DNA of 53,913 nucleotides. Source: Oopsacas minuta (taxonomy: Eukaryota; Animalia; Porifera). The stretch is taken from NCBI GenBank assembly GCA_024704765.1, contig JAKMXF010000085.1, positions 27,745 through 81,657 of the forward strand, read 5' to 3'. The position numbers and the translations under genes were made by a program. Of the stretch, positions 13,169-26,789 are shown one piece after another. The notes beneath the pieces are model-generated. The model had not been told where the DNA came from. It searched no databases and saw only the letters and a program-made list of their open reading frames with translations. Within the stretch, counting starts at the first letter, position 1. Each line of letters begins with the position of its first letter.

Positions 13169-13907
13169 TAGTGGAAGCCGCTTAATCGGGACAGCTCGGG
13201 AGTTAAATGTTTTGTCCCGATAAACCGATTATGATTATTGAAGTATTCAAAACTAGTTTTTCATTGTCACATGACCAGATATATCTTATTTCTCTATTAC
13301 TAATTCTGATCTATCTGGGTCTATAGTAGAAATTTGGCTGTAGAATAGGTATAGTTCCGCTTCAAGAGGTCATAGAATGAGTCAGGATATCTACTTAAAA
13401 GTAAGAACATATAGTTGAATAATTATGCATGTGTTTATTACCACAACCCATGCGAAACGTTTGGATATCCAACAGTGTGGTCATTATTGGGGGAATTATA
13501 CACGATGGAATAGCCTTTGGAGCCTGAGGCGAGTGAGCAATGTTAATAATCTTAGTTTAGTAATAGTAATCGCATCGGTGTTGCAATGTTATAGTTGTAG
13601 ATAATAGTCAAATTCCTAGTTTTACAACAACCATTTTACAATGATTCTGAATAAATAAACAATCGTTAAATTGGATAGAAATCCATATTAAGCGAATACA
13701 ATTAATATCCGGTTAATGGGATAAGAAATCCTGAATAACCAATCATGAACTTACAAATATTCGGGTAATCGGGGTAAAAAATCCCGATTAACCGATTCGA
13801 TGTCCCAATTATCCGATTATTTTCAAAGTAAAAATCTGTTTGCAAACCATTGTCCCGTTTAAGCGGATATCCCAATTATCCGAGTCCCGATTATGCGGCT
13901 TCCACTG
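13169..13907. mobile_element. Non-autonomous pogo/Tigger-type element
   Basis: TIRs (t)agtggaagccgcttaatcggg / cccgattatgcggcttccactg + TA; subterminal cccgattaaccg repeats. Confidence 0.8.
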
Positions 13908-13930
13908 TAACACCATAGTATCCACAAATC

Positions 13931-14068
13931 TATGGCATGAAACTTTTCTGGAAAAGGGATTGTGTAGACGAGTCGGCATTATTAAACAGTTATATATTTC
14001 AGAAATGGATTCACGACATGTACTTGAATTCATAAAAGCAAATATTCGTTGAATGTGCCAAACTATTT
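13931..14068 (-). repeat. Dispersed ~140-bp repeat, copy 1 (copy 2 at 18858-18992)
   Basis: Direct visual alignment, roughly 85% identical. Confidence 0.8.
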
Positions 14069-14667
14069 TCTTAATAACCAATTATTTGGCAAAATAGGTC
14101 CTACATTGAGGCTTCTAAAAACTTGTAACTGTAACTGCGATTCTAATGCTGAAAACCTAGTGTTTTTCTTAAAGGAATTTTATACAAATATGTATTTATA
14201 GTGGTAAAGTTGGCACGTTCCTGACTCACAGTAGTGAGCATGGAATACATTTATTAACAATAACGTACTGTTTGATATAAGAATATAATTAGGAATAATG
14301 TACCGTTTGATATAGAAATGAAAACTAAGTAGCTTAATAGATTCATCATAACCTTTTACAGTAAATTTAATTATGTAAACCAATGGAACCTGAGATTTCT
14401 TTAATTAATGCAGGATTCTTATTCGTTTATAAGATTCGGTAGCATGCCAATATTTGTTTTTGAATTAAGGGATCGCTCAGCCTATTCAATCCGTATACAA
14501 GTATGCAAGCTCTGTGTTCCGAAGATTTTACAATTTGTTAATCAGAATCGTCTTGATGAATCATGTTAATGTATAACTAATACAATGATCAGTGATAAGT
14601 CTACAAACATACCTGAGGGTTTGTCACATGTGATTGGGAGGATGTCGATTAAATAGACTTGTATATA

Positions 14668-16008
14668 CAGTCTGTAACATAAATATTGAGAAAATTGATA
14701 TATTACTATCCTACCACACTAACTCTCAGTGTTTAGTAATAAGCTGGATTCCACCTACTCAAAATAATTTGACTTGATATTTAACTTATTAATGACCTTT
14801 GTTAGATTCTATGGTCACTTTATCACTAGGGTAGGAGTCGATAATTTTTGTGCGGAGTAATATTTCAACTTTTGTCCAGATAATTGTTTTAATATTTACT
14901 GATAATAATGTAAACAGTTAGATCAAACTATGAGTGAAAAACAGAAAAGAGAGGCAATTGATGTCCTAATAAAACGTGGTGAGCTTTCTATGAAGGATAT
15001 TTCCAAATCTTCGGGCGTAAGTTTGGCGACAGTCTATAAAGTAAAATCTAGAGGTTCAAATATTGTTGGTTTGTTGCGCAAGATACGGTCTGGAAGGCCA
15101 CCTACTATGAGACTCTCCATTCTAAGAAGTCTGGCCCAGCTAGTTAGAAGTGGGTCATATTTGTTTAGAAGGTCTTTAGTCCATCTTATTCGTGGCTGGC
15201 CATCTCATGAAACCATCAGGCGTACCTTAAAAACGGTCAAGTACACTAAGAAACATCCATCTAATCCACCCTTAGTAAGTGAAAAAAAACAGAATCTTTC
15301 GAGTAAAATAGGCCAGAAAGCACATGTATCCTAAGAAATCATGGGCGCAAACAGTTTTTTGCCGATGAGATGTATATATGACTCGGTAGAGGAACGATAA
15401 AAATGTGGACAAAATCTTGGAAAACACCTATGGTTCCAACGACGAAACATGTCCCGAAAATTAATGTTTGAGCTGCATTTAGCTCAATGGGAACATTTCC
15501 ACTCTGTATCTTCACTGACAATATGGATGCTAAGATGTTCATACGCATTTTAGAAGGCCACTTGCTAACCCAGGCTGAATTATTCCTTCAGGACCAATGG
15601 CGCATGGCAATGGATAATGATCCCAAACACACTTCAAAAGTTGCTTAGGCATTTCTGATAAAAATATCCCTAAACAACTACCATGGCCATCCCAAAGTCC
15701 AGATTTAAACCTATTTAAAATCACTTTGCTTGGGTAAAACGAGAACTTTTGAAACGAAGCCCCAGGATAATTTTTGAACTCAAGAGAGAGCTAGAATTAT
15801 TGTGGGCAGACATATGTCCTGATTTTCTTCAGCCCTACTATGATTCACTACCGCGACGTTGTAAATGCTCATAGAATCGAATGAATTCCCAATTAAATAT
15901 TGATTAGTATTGTATTATTAGTGCACTGTGCTATCGATAACTTGATTAAGCCAATATTATTGAAGCAACAGAAATAGGAGCAATTCTCAATATTTATGTT
16001 ACTGACTG
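14668..16008 (+). mobile_element. Full-length decayed Tc1 (DD34E)
   Basis: 25-bp TIRs cagtc[t/a]gtaacataaatattgagaa, TA flanks; DNDPKH...WPSQSPDLN motifs with stops and frameshifts. Confidence 0.9.
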
Positions 16009-16407
16009 TAGGTCACAGACACTATGTAGCGAAGAACAGATGTCACGATATTTTTCTTGAATTTCTTCTAGTTCATCTTCAATGTTAGTAATTCGATCAT
16101 CTTTTGGAATTAATTGAGTCTCCAGTAATGTAACCTTTGGAGTAACAGAGCATTTTAGATACGGTTAGTTTAAACATATTTCCAAAATGTGAATTTCTGG
16201 TTTCATATCCTAGATTTTTGTTGATTAAGTCGAGATTTCTAGCCTCCAATTTCTCGAATGTAGCTTCGATTCATCCGAAAGTGGCTCCAAATTGTTTGCC
16301 CACCATATCAGCGATGGACTTAGACAACTCCTGGAGTGAGTCTTGAGGGGGCTTGAATCCTAAGGTGCAAAATCACCATATCTTCAGAGTAATAGCATTG
16401 CATACAC

Positions 16408-18842
16408 CAGTGCTTCTCAAACTTTTTTTATGTCGCGGCCCCAAGTTTCTCCATTACAATTCCACGGCCCCCTGCTTGTTGGTCTCATTTTTAGTGAATA
16501 TGATTTGTTTTTATTATCGTATTATATCAGTGTTAAGTAGTAAGAGGTATATTGTGATATAATTATAAGATCAATCATACTAATGAGAACTGTGTGCTTG
16601 CTTCGATTTGACGAGCTTATCTGGCCTCGGTTCGTTGATGAAAGTGCCACACGTAGTGGAGATCTGACATCCAGAAAATTCCTATACTTTGTTTTGATAA
16701 TGCTCATTGTTGAAAACCCCATCTCACAAAGGTAAGTAAATGGAAAGGGTAGAATTATTTTCAGGGCCACCTCACTAAGTTTTGGATATTCGGGTCCAAC
16801 CTTTATCCAGAATTCAGTGAGTATTATTTCGTGTAAAAAATATTCTTTAATCCTTGATCCCATACCAGGTCTAATAATTTGTCTTCTAAATGAACATTCA
16901 ATTCATCCTTCAATTGCAAAAAGGGATTACAGATCCAACAGTTTCCTTCTCTAGGATCTTGTTCTTTCGTGAATTAAAATTCAAAGCGCTCACCTAGTGA
17001 TTTCAAATTTCGGTGATAATATTCACTAGAGAAGTTGCATCAAGCCCACTTTCACAATTAATCATTTCCGATAAATTTGGAAACATGTCGTAACAATCTT
17101 GACAGACTCGATGTTGCCATGCAGCTAACTTTCTTTTAAAACCATCAATCTTGTTAGCTGTTGCAAAATTAGTTGCCATCCTATCTTGCATTGATCTGTT
17201 TAACTCATTAAGCATTGAGATTATATCAGACAGATATGCCAGCTTTGTATTTCAGTTTGCATCTCGAAATCTTTCAGCCCATTCAGGTTTTTTATCAAGC
17301 AGAAATGTTGTTAGTTTGTTTCGGAGCTCAAAAACTCTTGATAACACTATTCCTCTGGATAGCCAACGTGCTTCAGCATGCAAGAGCAGTTGTATATGGC
17401 CAGCTCCCATCTGATCACACAAGGAAGCGAATAAGCGAGAATTCAGAGCGTTCGCTTTTACATGGTTGACAACTTTGACAACTTGACATAGTACATCGTT
17501 GAGTTCCTTTGACATCTTCTTTGTTGCTAAGGTTTCTCGATGATTAAAACTGTGTGTTGACTCGCAATCTGGTGCTACTACTTAAATTTTTGCAACAACT
17601 CCAGAATGTCGTCCTGTAATTGCAGCAGCACCGTCAGTACATACACCAACACAAAACTGCCAATCTAATCCTGATTGATCAACGATATAGTTATTCAATC
17701 CATCCAAAGTTTGAGAACTAGTGGTATTTGTAGGCAATGATATCTAACATAAATACTCTTCTTTCACATCACTACAATATTCAAAACGAACATATAACAA
17801 CAAAATCGCCAAATTAGCAACGTCAGTAGATTCATCAAGCTGCAAAGAATACCATTTGACTGATTTTATTTGTTCGATCAGCTGTTCCTCCATGTAGCAA
17901 GGAAGATCGATCACTCTTCTAGCAACAGTGTCGTTGATATTGGAACCCGCGCAGTTATCTTTGCTGCAGATTCTCCTAACATTTCTCGGCATACATCACC
18001 AATGCAATCAACCAGAAATTGTTCCCGAATTATGTATGGTTTTTTTGCCTTTGCAATACGTAAAGATAACTTGTAAGAAGCTCTTAATGCGAAACATTTG
18101 TGTGAGATGAAACATACATTGTTTCTGCCAGCCTGTTAATTCGTCGCACTTTCTCTTAAAAAAACTCAACTAGTTGTGCGATCAAATCCTTGTGCTTCGT
18201 TTGTAAATGTCTACTAAGCTTTGAAGGCTTTAAAGCTTCATTGGACAAAACCTCGCCGCATACAACACACTGAAGCTTCTGTAATCCATCTTTGAATATA
18301 GAAGTAAAACCAAAACGAATGAATGAGATGTCGTAGTTGCGGATTTTCGTACAACCTCTTTAGCTCGGTTTGTCGGATTTATCAATTAACTCATCGTCAT
18401 CAGAACCCGAAATCTCTCGACAATCTGTATAGAGTCTATTACTCTTAGTTAGATAAGTATCCAATTGTCCTCGCTTTCGTTTGGCCATAAAATTCTTTTT
18501 CAACGATATCAAATTAATAACTAAAATATTAATAGATAGTAGCAAAGGTATGATCTATTGAAACAATATCAATGGAAGCTCTACCTATTCTTAAAACAGA
18601 ATGATATTTGTATTTAGCGCTCTATGTTGTATGTTTGTAGGGTGACATAATTCTGAACAGCATTCTGGGAAGTGGCATAAGTGTAGTTTGTTTACAATTC
18701 AAGGAAAGCAAAAGGATTTCAGATAATATCGTAGAAGTTGTGTGGAATAACTAAAACTCTAATGAAGAGAATTTCGTAAATCACTTTCCATAGCCATTCC
18801 GCGGCCCCTGGAGGGCCGCGGAACCCAGTTTGAGTACCACTG
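16408..18842 (-). mobile_element. Full-length decayed hAT Buster/Charlie (ZBED5/SCAND3-like)
   Basis: TIRs cagtgcttctcaaac / cagtggtactcaaac; 8-bp TSD gcatacac / gtatgcac (6/8); BED finger (CVVC...KLSRHL), LQLDESTD and FPFTYLCEMGFS. Confidence 0.92.
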
Positions 18843-18857
18843 GTATGCACGAAACAA

Positions 18858-18992
18858 TGGCATGAACCTTTTCGGGAAAGGGATTGTGTAAACAAGTCGG
18901 GCATTATTAAATGGTTATATATTTGAGAAATAGATTGACAACATGTACTTGAATTCATAGAGCAAATATTCGTTGAATGTGCCAAACTATTT
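18858..18992 (-). repeat. Dispersed repeat copy 2; possible Ty1/copia RNase H C-terminal remnant
   Basis: Matches 13931-14068; one minus frame reads ADLFTQSL, like the copia ADxxTKxL motif (weak). Confidence 0.4.
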
Positions 18993-19105
18993 GCTAAATA
19001 ACAGGGATGCCAACCTCTCACAACAAAAAGCGGGAGACTTAAAATATGTGCTATTTAAACTTAATATCCTAAATTTTACATTAATATCGTAATAAAATAT
19101 CATTA

Positions 19106-19265
19106 CAGGGGCCTCTCTAATTTTCCAAGTCTCTATTGTCTACATTGTTAGCGCAAATTTATCATAGTAATACACAACTTCCCCATAGTTAACTAGTTGG
19201 GGTTCTCTAATTGTCCACTTCGGACCCGACTGCCCACTGGTGGACAATTAGAGAGGGGCCCACTG
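19106..19265. mobile_element. Tigger-like MITE
   Basis: Imperfect TIRs caggggcctctctaattttcc / cagtgggcccctctctaattgtcc with TA flanks. Confidence 0.7.
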
Positions 19266-19390
19266 TATTTAATATTCCTATTTATATTGTTTAACCAATT
19301 AAATTTCCCTCATCCCCTCGTATGGACACAATACAGCAAAAACTAAATACAAATATAGATAATTAAGTGATTAGTATCGCTACTAGCGTT

Positions 19391-19920
19391 TCACACGGAA
19401 TGTTCTATTAGGAATGTTTTTTTGTCGTAGATAGATGTCGCTGACTTTGAAATCCTCAAAAGTTGTCTACTGGGTTCATAATCAAAGCATGGCTCAATGT
19501 TATTCAGCTTTACCGTAAGTAAACTCGAAAGGGTGCCATCATAATTTAGCTTGTTCCTTTGAGGTGTTTTATTATGCTTAACAAAGCTAAAAATTCTTCC
19601 TTCAGCCGTATTTGAATGGGGCATCACCAAAACTACCTCAGCTACCTTAGAAAGAAGCTTAAACCTTTGCAAGCCATCAAGGGTCAACAACTTATCTCAC
19701 CGAGTGGTGCCATATTGGGGAAATTAAGGAACCCAAAGTATTTACGTTTAAATATGACCAACTTTACCAGTGGCTAGGGCCCTGTACATAGGCAAGATGA
19801 CTTGGCTATTAACATCATAGATTGTTGAGTTATAGATGCAATTTTGGCTAAAACGTGCCTTCCATTGTCACAGAATAAACATAGGATCCTGAAAACACTT
19901 TTCGAACAATTTTTGTATTT
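19391..19920 (-). pseudogene. hAT transposase C-terminal dimerisation fragment
   Basis: VLVMPHSNTAEGRIFSFVKHNKTPQRNKL resembles the hAT PxSNxxxERxFS motif. Confidence 0.7.
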
Positions 19921-19940
19921 TATGTACAAAAATGACCTAG

Positions 19941-21071
19941 CCGCCGTATTCACTAAGCATACTTAGTACTTAAGTATTAAGTATGTACTTAGTTAAGTAC
20001 GTACTTAAGTCGTATTCACTAAGTGTTAAGTATGTACTTAACTAAGTACATACTTAAGTATCACTTATATTCATGAATTTGTGAGTTTCTCATGGATTGA
20101 TTGCTTTACAGAATTACTTTCAATCATCCAGGAATATATTTTCAAAACTTTTCTTGTTTTATACATGATCTTACGGTAATATTGTGGTTTACTTTCATGA
20201 AATACTTCACAAATAATGTTACAAGGAATTCCTCGAACGCTTACGATACAACATATCTGTTACTAAGGAATGCATTACTTTGTATGTAATGTTAAATACT
20301 ATCATTCTGAATTATACATTCCAAGTTACACTAATGACAGTTTTGCTAAATACAATTATGTTCAAATATAATACATAAATATTCCAGTATCTTAATACAA
20401 ACAAATGGTACAGATGATTCCACTATTTCTCACAGAAGAAGGAACCTCTTCCTCAATGGCACGTCAACGAGTTTTCAGGGATCTCAATGATCCCTAGATT
20501 GTTATGATGATATAGAACTTGTTTGACGTTTTCGTTTCTCTAGAGCTTCAATATCTAAAATTACAGAGTTGATAGCTAACTATATGAATTTCACGGAGCA
20601 TCCTTATGCTGCTTCTCCTCACTTGTAATTTTGTGCGCACTTCAATTTTTCGCTTCTGGAACGTTCCAGATAATTTATGGAGATGTGATAAACGTAAGTC
20701 AAGCTTTTACCTCTCGTTATATCCAAGATGTTTCTCTGGGTCTCCAAGCTATATACAATTAGTTTGTTAGTTTGCCTGCTGGTTTCAAGAGGTTAGAAGT
20801 CAAAAACAAGTTTTATGAGATTTCTCACTTTCCAGGCGTAGTAGGATTAGTTGACCGAACACACATACGAATCCAAAGACCCTCGAAAATGAAGCAGATT
20901 ATATAAATCAGCATTTTACCACTCAATTAACGTCCAAGCTATTCGCCATTCAGATGGCATTTTTAGTCATGTGTTGGCAGGTTTGCTGGGCCTGTTCACG
21001 ATTCACGGATCTGGAAGATTTCAGGTGTTGGGATCCATGATGAAAATAACTTTTCAATAGGGGAGGATATA
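19941..21071 (+). mobile_element. PIF/Harbinger element, 5' portion
   Basis: Terminus ccgccgtattcactaag with palindromic subterminal repeats; decayed transposase RFRFSR...FFASGTFQ...VDRTHIRI...VHDSRIW ending at the maT TIR. Confidence 0.8.
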
Positions 21072-22266
21072 CAGGGTTAGGCATAAGTTCTGCAACAAGT
21101 ATAAACTAGAATATTTGTATTTTACCATAATAGTAGTTGAAATTCGTAATGGATTAGTGAATATACATACTAAGGATACGAAATTAATCTAGTTCTTCAA
21201 ATGTATTGCCCTTTGCTGCGATGAGTAGGCTCAATCGCTTATAGAAATTATCGACAGCAGCACGCAACACGTCCTCACTGATTAAATCTCACTCTCTTCT
21301 CAAGGAAAACTTCAGACTTTCAACATTCTTGTGAGGCTCTGCACATACCCTGGACTCTAAGGTGGACCATATACAGAAATCCATAGGATTTGTATCTGGA
21401 GAAGAGGCCGGTCATTCTTCAGTTGATATAAATTCTGGTGCATTGAGTTTCAACCACTCAGATATCATTTGGCTTTGTGGGAGGGAACGGAATCTTGCTG
21501 GAACACCCAATGCGTGCCATTGAAGTGCTCACCAGCCCAAGGCTTCAATGCACACACCTCTTTGTTAATTTTCGCCCCTTTGTCAATGCACACCAGAGGT
21601 GTCTGAGCATCAGAGGTAATAGCTACCCAAATGATGACCGATGCAGGTTTTTGAGTTCTTTTGATTGTATGTATTGATGACGATATAGAATTTTGATCTG
21701 GAGCAAGAATTCGACTGTTGGTGATTATATGCCATTTCTACGGTAAGAATCTTCTCATCGAAGAAAACAATACTCTGGTGCATGCAACCAGTGAACCATT
21801 TCTCAGAATCAGACAATTTTCATACCTACGCCTCTTATTCACCTCAGAAAGTAACTGTACCTCTAGAAACTTCCAGTATTTCAAGCCTAAATCCTCTTTT
21901 ACTATCCTCACCATACTTCTGGTTGAAATATTGTAGTCTTTTGCCATGCCTTGGATGCTTCTGACGGGATTCTCCCGACCCTCTCTCGGACGAGCTTCCA
22001 CCAGCAGGAGTACGAACAGAATGAAGTCTACGTTTTCTGAACCTTCCTGGGTACTCCCAGTTTCCTTGTAGCGTTTGATGGTACGGTAGACTATCCATCT
22101 GCTTATGGACAGTATTTTTGATATTACGGAAGCTGACTTGCCTCCATTATGGTACAAGATTATCAATGACCGTTTTGCTTCTTTGTTCATAAATCAAAAA
22201 ATTTTCTAGTAGGACGCAATACTCTAAATATTGTTTTAAAAGATATTGAAGATAATATATGATAAA
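21072..22266 (-). mobile_element. maT (DD37D) copy inserted in the Harbinger, itself hit by a mariner
   Basis: TIR cagggttaggcataagttctgca; paralogous to 42311-43605, with internal deletions. Confidence 0.88.
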
Positions 22267-22268
22267 TA

Positions 22269-22564
22269 CAAAGGGATTTCAAGTAGTGCGTAACCTTAGC
22301 TATTGCTATCATTGTTTAACCACATGTATTTACTATTTGCATCTAATTTATAGCTTAGATTTTGTCCATTTAGGACACCATACTTTGTGGAAATTGATTT
22401 GATATTTTTTGAGATACACCCTTTTGAAGATAATGTTATAGCAACCACAGAGGAATTTATGGCTTCAAAATCTAATGAATTTCTACTTGAACAAAGAGCA
22501 TACATCAAAATCCGCTCATTACTCGGCGATACGCCAAGGAATATCCACCAAGATTTACTACAGG
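22269..22564 (+). mobile_element. 5' half of a mariner (3' half at 7039-7483)
   Basis: MASKSNEFLLEQRAYIKIRSLLGDTPRNIHQDL is a mariner-type HTH; TA then caaaggg TIR. Confidence 0.82.
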
Positions 22565-22579
22565 NCAGCATTACGTCTA

Positions 22580-24210
22580 CAGTGTGTATCATGATTATTG
22601 TCGGGTTCTAGGAAATATCTCAAAACACAAAAAAGTGGATCGTTTAAGCTAATTATTTATTTATGTAATCTCCATCGCATTCTATAACTGATCTAATCCT
22701 ATTAGGCATACTTGCTACTGAATTTTCTAAAATTTTTGGATCAATGCCCTCACAAGATTTTTTCACTTAAGAAATTAAATAGTCCCGCTTCCTCACATTC
22801 TCTATTTGGCTGACACTTTTTTCAGAATAGACCATAGATTCTCAATAGGATTGGGGTCAGGCGAGTTTCCTGGCCATTCTTCTTTTTTCTAAATCTTTGG
22901 GAAATTCTTTTCACACAAGGACTGAGTCAAATTTGTAGTGTATGCTGCAGCACTATCCTGCATAAAAATAAAACTGGACATATCTGAGGGCATTGATAGC
23001 TGTAATATTGTCCCATTTTCTGAGTCGCGTTCGATTGCATCCTTACAGGCTTTATTCAAAATATAGTTCCGATATTAGCACCCATTTATTGTTTGTTTTG
23101 GATGCGCTATATGGAGTTCAGAGACACCTCGATGGGACATCATGCCCCAGACATGAATTTTCCCTGGAATTTTAACTTGAACGCAAGGTTCAACATGTGT
23201 CCGAATCTTTAGCCCAAACCCTGTCGTTCTGTCGGTTTGGAATATTGAACAATTGAAAAGGTGCTTCATCAGACCACAATTCCTGTTTCCAATATTCGAC
23301 AGTCCATTCTTTGCGAGATTCTACAAATTTGAGTCGTTTTTCCTTCATTTTCTTCGTCAATCGCGACCTTTTAGGCCTTTGTAAGATTTCGCGACAATAT
23401 TATCCCGAAGATAACGATGAACGGTCGAATGCGATATGGGATAGCCCCTTGGGGTCACTATGTCAGCCAATTTCCTAGTAGATTTGCATCTTTTTCCGGG
23501 AGATATCGAAATTATAATTTGGCGGCCTTTTCGACACTTGAATTCCTCCCCGGATGGCTACAGTTTTTTGAGATTTTCCGAACTTCTGCTTGCGCCACCA
23601 CCGTTCGATTGATCTCAAACTAATTTGGAGCTTTAATACTACGTCTTTCTGGGTCATGCTAGCATTTAGCATGCCAATAGCTTGATTACGGATTCCAAAA
23701 CATGATATTTGACACTCATTTCCGAATGTACCAAGGAGCGTCAATGTGAAATATTTTCTAAGAAATACGATCAGCCCAAAGTAGCTAAGAATTGTTTTAG
23801 ATGGCATTAACGTGATACTTTACGATACTGCATAATTAATTGAAATCTAATTAAGGTTGTAATTCAATCCGTTACTACAGTAGAACCTCCGAGATCCAGG
23901 CAGTGTGGGACCGGAGGGTGCCAGGATCTCGGAAATATCATTAACTCTATGGTAGTTACAACCTATAATATACATATGAGTTTCCATAGATATGCTAACT
24001 CTGTTATTAATTTACATACGGTATACAAACGTAATCTAATATGAAATATAGTAACTGACGTTAACGTTAGTATGAGGAGAATTATATGAAACGCTGAAAT
24101 TCTTTTGAACCGATTTAAAATAAGGGTGCCCGTATATTGGAGGTCCGGACCTCGGAGGTTCGACTATATATGAATATTGTTACTACCCGGAAACATTATG
24201 ATATACCCTG
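22580..24210 (-). mobile_element. TRT-like (about DD37E) element inserted in a hAT, containing a Tigger MITE
   Basis: Imperfect TIRs cagtgtgtatcatgatt / cagggtatatcataatg, TA flanks; KIHVWGMM and WPGNSPDPNPIENLW. Confidence 0.82.
23878..24166. mobile_element. Tigger-like MITE
   Basis: TIRs cagtagaacctccgagatcc / ggacctcggaggttcgacta. Confidence 0.75.
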
Positions 24211-24212
24211 TA

Positions 24213-26227
24213 GACATTCGCACAATGACTCATACATTGTATAGAAGCTATCAAAACAAGTATGGCGCTCCACCCACCATGTTTTATAGAGTCCAACAAG
24301 CTTTGTCTTATGCATATCAGGTGCCAAATTCTTTACTATTCTTTCAAGAAATCGATGCCTTTTGGGAGACTTATTAAAGGGCAGGAAAACAGCATTGAGG
24401 GCATCAATCATATTCCTGATTGCAGGCAGTTTACAAGTACTGGCAATGCTTAGATTGAGTACATGGCTGTTACAATGTACATACAATGCACGTGGGGATA
24501 CTTGTCTTATCCTTGTTTGTACCCCAACTTTATCAGATGACATACAGCGGCACCATCATAGCTTTGAACCCTTGCTTCAGTAAGATCGACGTGGTTATGT
24601 TTGAGGCTTTCGATAATAGCATTGGCTATTGTTTCCCCAGTTGCCCTCTCAAGATACAGGAAACCAAAGGAAAATTCTCTGGTTTCGTTACCATCAAGTC
24701 ACCTCAGACACACGGATAGAATCTCTTGATTGCTATGAGGATCTGTAACTTCATCAGTCATAATAGCAAAGGTGTTATCAAATAGCAGGCTTCGCGTATT
24801 TTCCTTTCGAATATATTCAGCTACTAAATCAATAACTTCGTTCTGGATTCTTTTTTCCACTTTCGAGATGTTCCCGTAAAACAACATCACGCCTGAACGT
24901 CATCTCAAGAATTGCCCAAAAATAACCTTTATTGGAAGATATACTTGTATTGTCATCCCTGTGGCCACGAATTGATAAATTCTGCTTCCCATACAATACT
25001 ACAGCTTCAATGACACTCTTCAAGATGTGGCGGTGCTTCATATATACCTCTTGGTTAGCCTGATTTATGATGAATGGTAGGGATGTTTCGGGGGCTTTTA
25101 GATGTTGCAATAACAGCAAGCCATCTTATACCGTATCTTTGCGATATTGGAGACTTTGATGAAGTTCCAACGCACCATCTTTTCCAGTTGCTCTGCCCAG
25201 CTTAATAAACGGTTTTTTACATGTACGCCACTGTATTTCCTTGTGTCATTTTCTGATGAAAATATCATACAATAATTGCAGACTCCTCCACCACCAGCAG
25301 GACTGTACACTAACCACCCATATCGTTCCAGGCAAGAGTGCTGGAAGACGAGAATTTCTTCTGTTTTGTTTTTCCAAGAACAATCGTCTATTTTATAAAC
25401 GCCTAGAAATTTTTTCCAGGAGTAAAGTCGTGTGACAGATAGTTGGCCTTTGCATCGTCACTGAGATTTCTTACTATGACATTACCCTTTAAGATATCTC
25501 CAACATCATAAAGTGATATTAGGAAAGCAGACTCAGTAACTATAAAGTCTGAATTCTGTGGGGATGAATTTGTGACATCTGGAACATGGGGCTCAGTGAA
25601 TATATTAACCCCTGATGAAGTATTCGAAACATCCACCACATTCGGCGAGTCAGAAATTTGAATATCTTGGGAATGCACTGAAGAAGTAGCACCTACTTCA
25701 GGTGGTTGAGAATTACTAGTGGGCTGTACCTCAATAATCAATTTTCTTTCGTTAATGTAACTCCTTGCTCTCATTGATATGCTAAACGCCAACAAAGTTT
25801 GGTGTAATTCAGGAGCATCTCTCTTCTAAGCCGACATCCAGTTTAGACCTGAAAATCAGAATGTATGTAGATGTTAGAGTGAATACGAACAAAAATGATA
25901 TAAAACTAATGTGACCGATATTTTTTGAAGGATGAGTTTGAACCCATAGGTTAATTCTACCTCAATTCATCCAGCCATTTCACCAACATCAACCTATTTC
26001 TCTGAAACTCGCTGTGACTATTAGCTAGTTATTGCATCTATTGACTGACAGCTGTTACTTATTAATTTATGAAACAATACAGGTACACAATCAGCACTGA
26101 TACGGATTACAGTATTAGATATGAGAATAACAAATATTAGTAAACTTGTTGTTAATATCTCAATTTTGTCCAGGTTTGATTTAATTCCTTCAGAAAGGGG
26201 GGTCCGGTCCCCTTGGGACTGCCTCTG
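24213..26227 (-). mobile_element. hAT (THAP12/PRKRIR-like) 5' half; 3' half at 28784-29888
   Basis: IRGHRDD, AIMTDEVTDPHSNQEILSVCLR, YVHCNSHVLNL and KTWWVERH; terminus cagaggcagtccca (minus). Confidence 0.85.
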
Positions 26228-26229
26228 AT

Positions 26230-26576
26230 CTGATTACACGAAAGAGTCAACATGGTCACGTTAACAGTGAATTGAACATCTTCATAGAGTCTGGGCGTGT
26301 TTATTGGTCACAGGTTCTAAAGAGAGTAATTGCTGCAGTAAAATTCCTTGGATCCAGCGGATTGACTTTCCGCGGAACTGATGAAAGATTTAATAGTATT
26401 TACTCAAGCAACTATATTAACACCCTAGAGCTTCTTGCAAAGTTCGATGCATATATTGCTGGTCACATCGCCAAATACGCGGACAAAGTGCGTGGGAGTG
26501 TGCCATATTTATCTTCCACTATATTGCTGATGAGTTCATCGCTGTGATCGCAGAGAAAATAACTGATACGATCGTA
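26230..26576 (+). pseudogene. hAT transposase fragment continuing at 9356
   Basis: YWSQVLKRVIAAVKFL...FRGTDE...YLSST; ends at the TA before a Tc1 TIR. Confidence 0.78.
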
Positions 26577-26787
26577 CAGTGTGACAGGGTGAAATTGGGA
26601 AAATGTTTAGAGATATTTTTCTAATAAAGTGATATCTTAGTTTTCTATAACTAAACTATACAAACAACATACACAACTACACTATCAAGTCCACTAGTAC
26701 TTAATCTTCTGACTACAACTTTTCTTTACTAAAACTACCGTTTTCCTCATAGTGTTTTGACGAAAATGATCCCCCTATTGTGCAATC
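26577..26787 (-). mobile_element. Other end of the Tc1-type element at 8702-9355
   Basis: Matching 23-bp imperfect TIR after TA. Confidence 0.75.
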
Positions 26788-26789
26788 TA

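Noticed and set aside
22566-22723. Recent segmental duplication with 29875-30032 (and 35408-35522 with the window end)
   Set aside because: Identical copies sitting exactly at contig ends are better explained as assembly overlaps.
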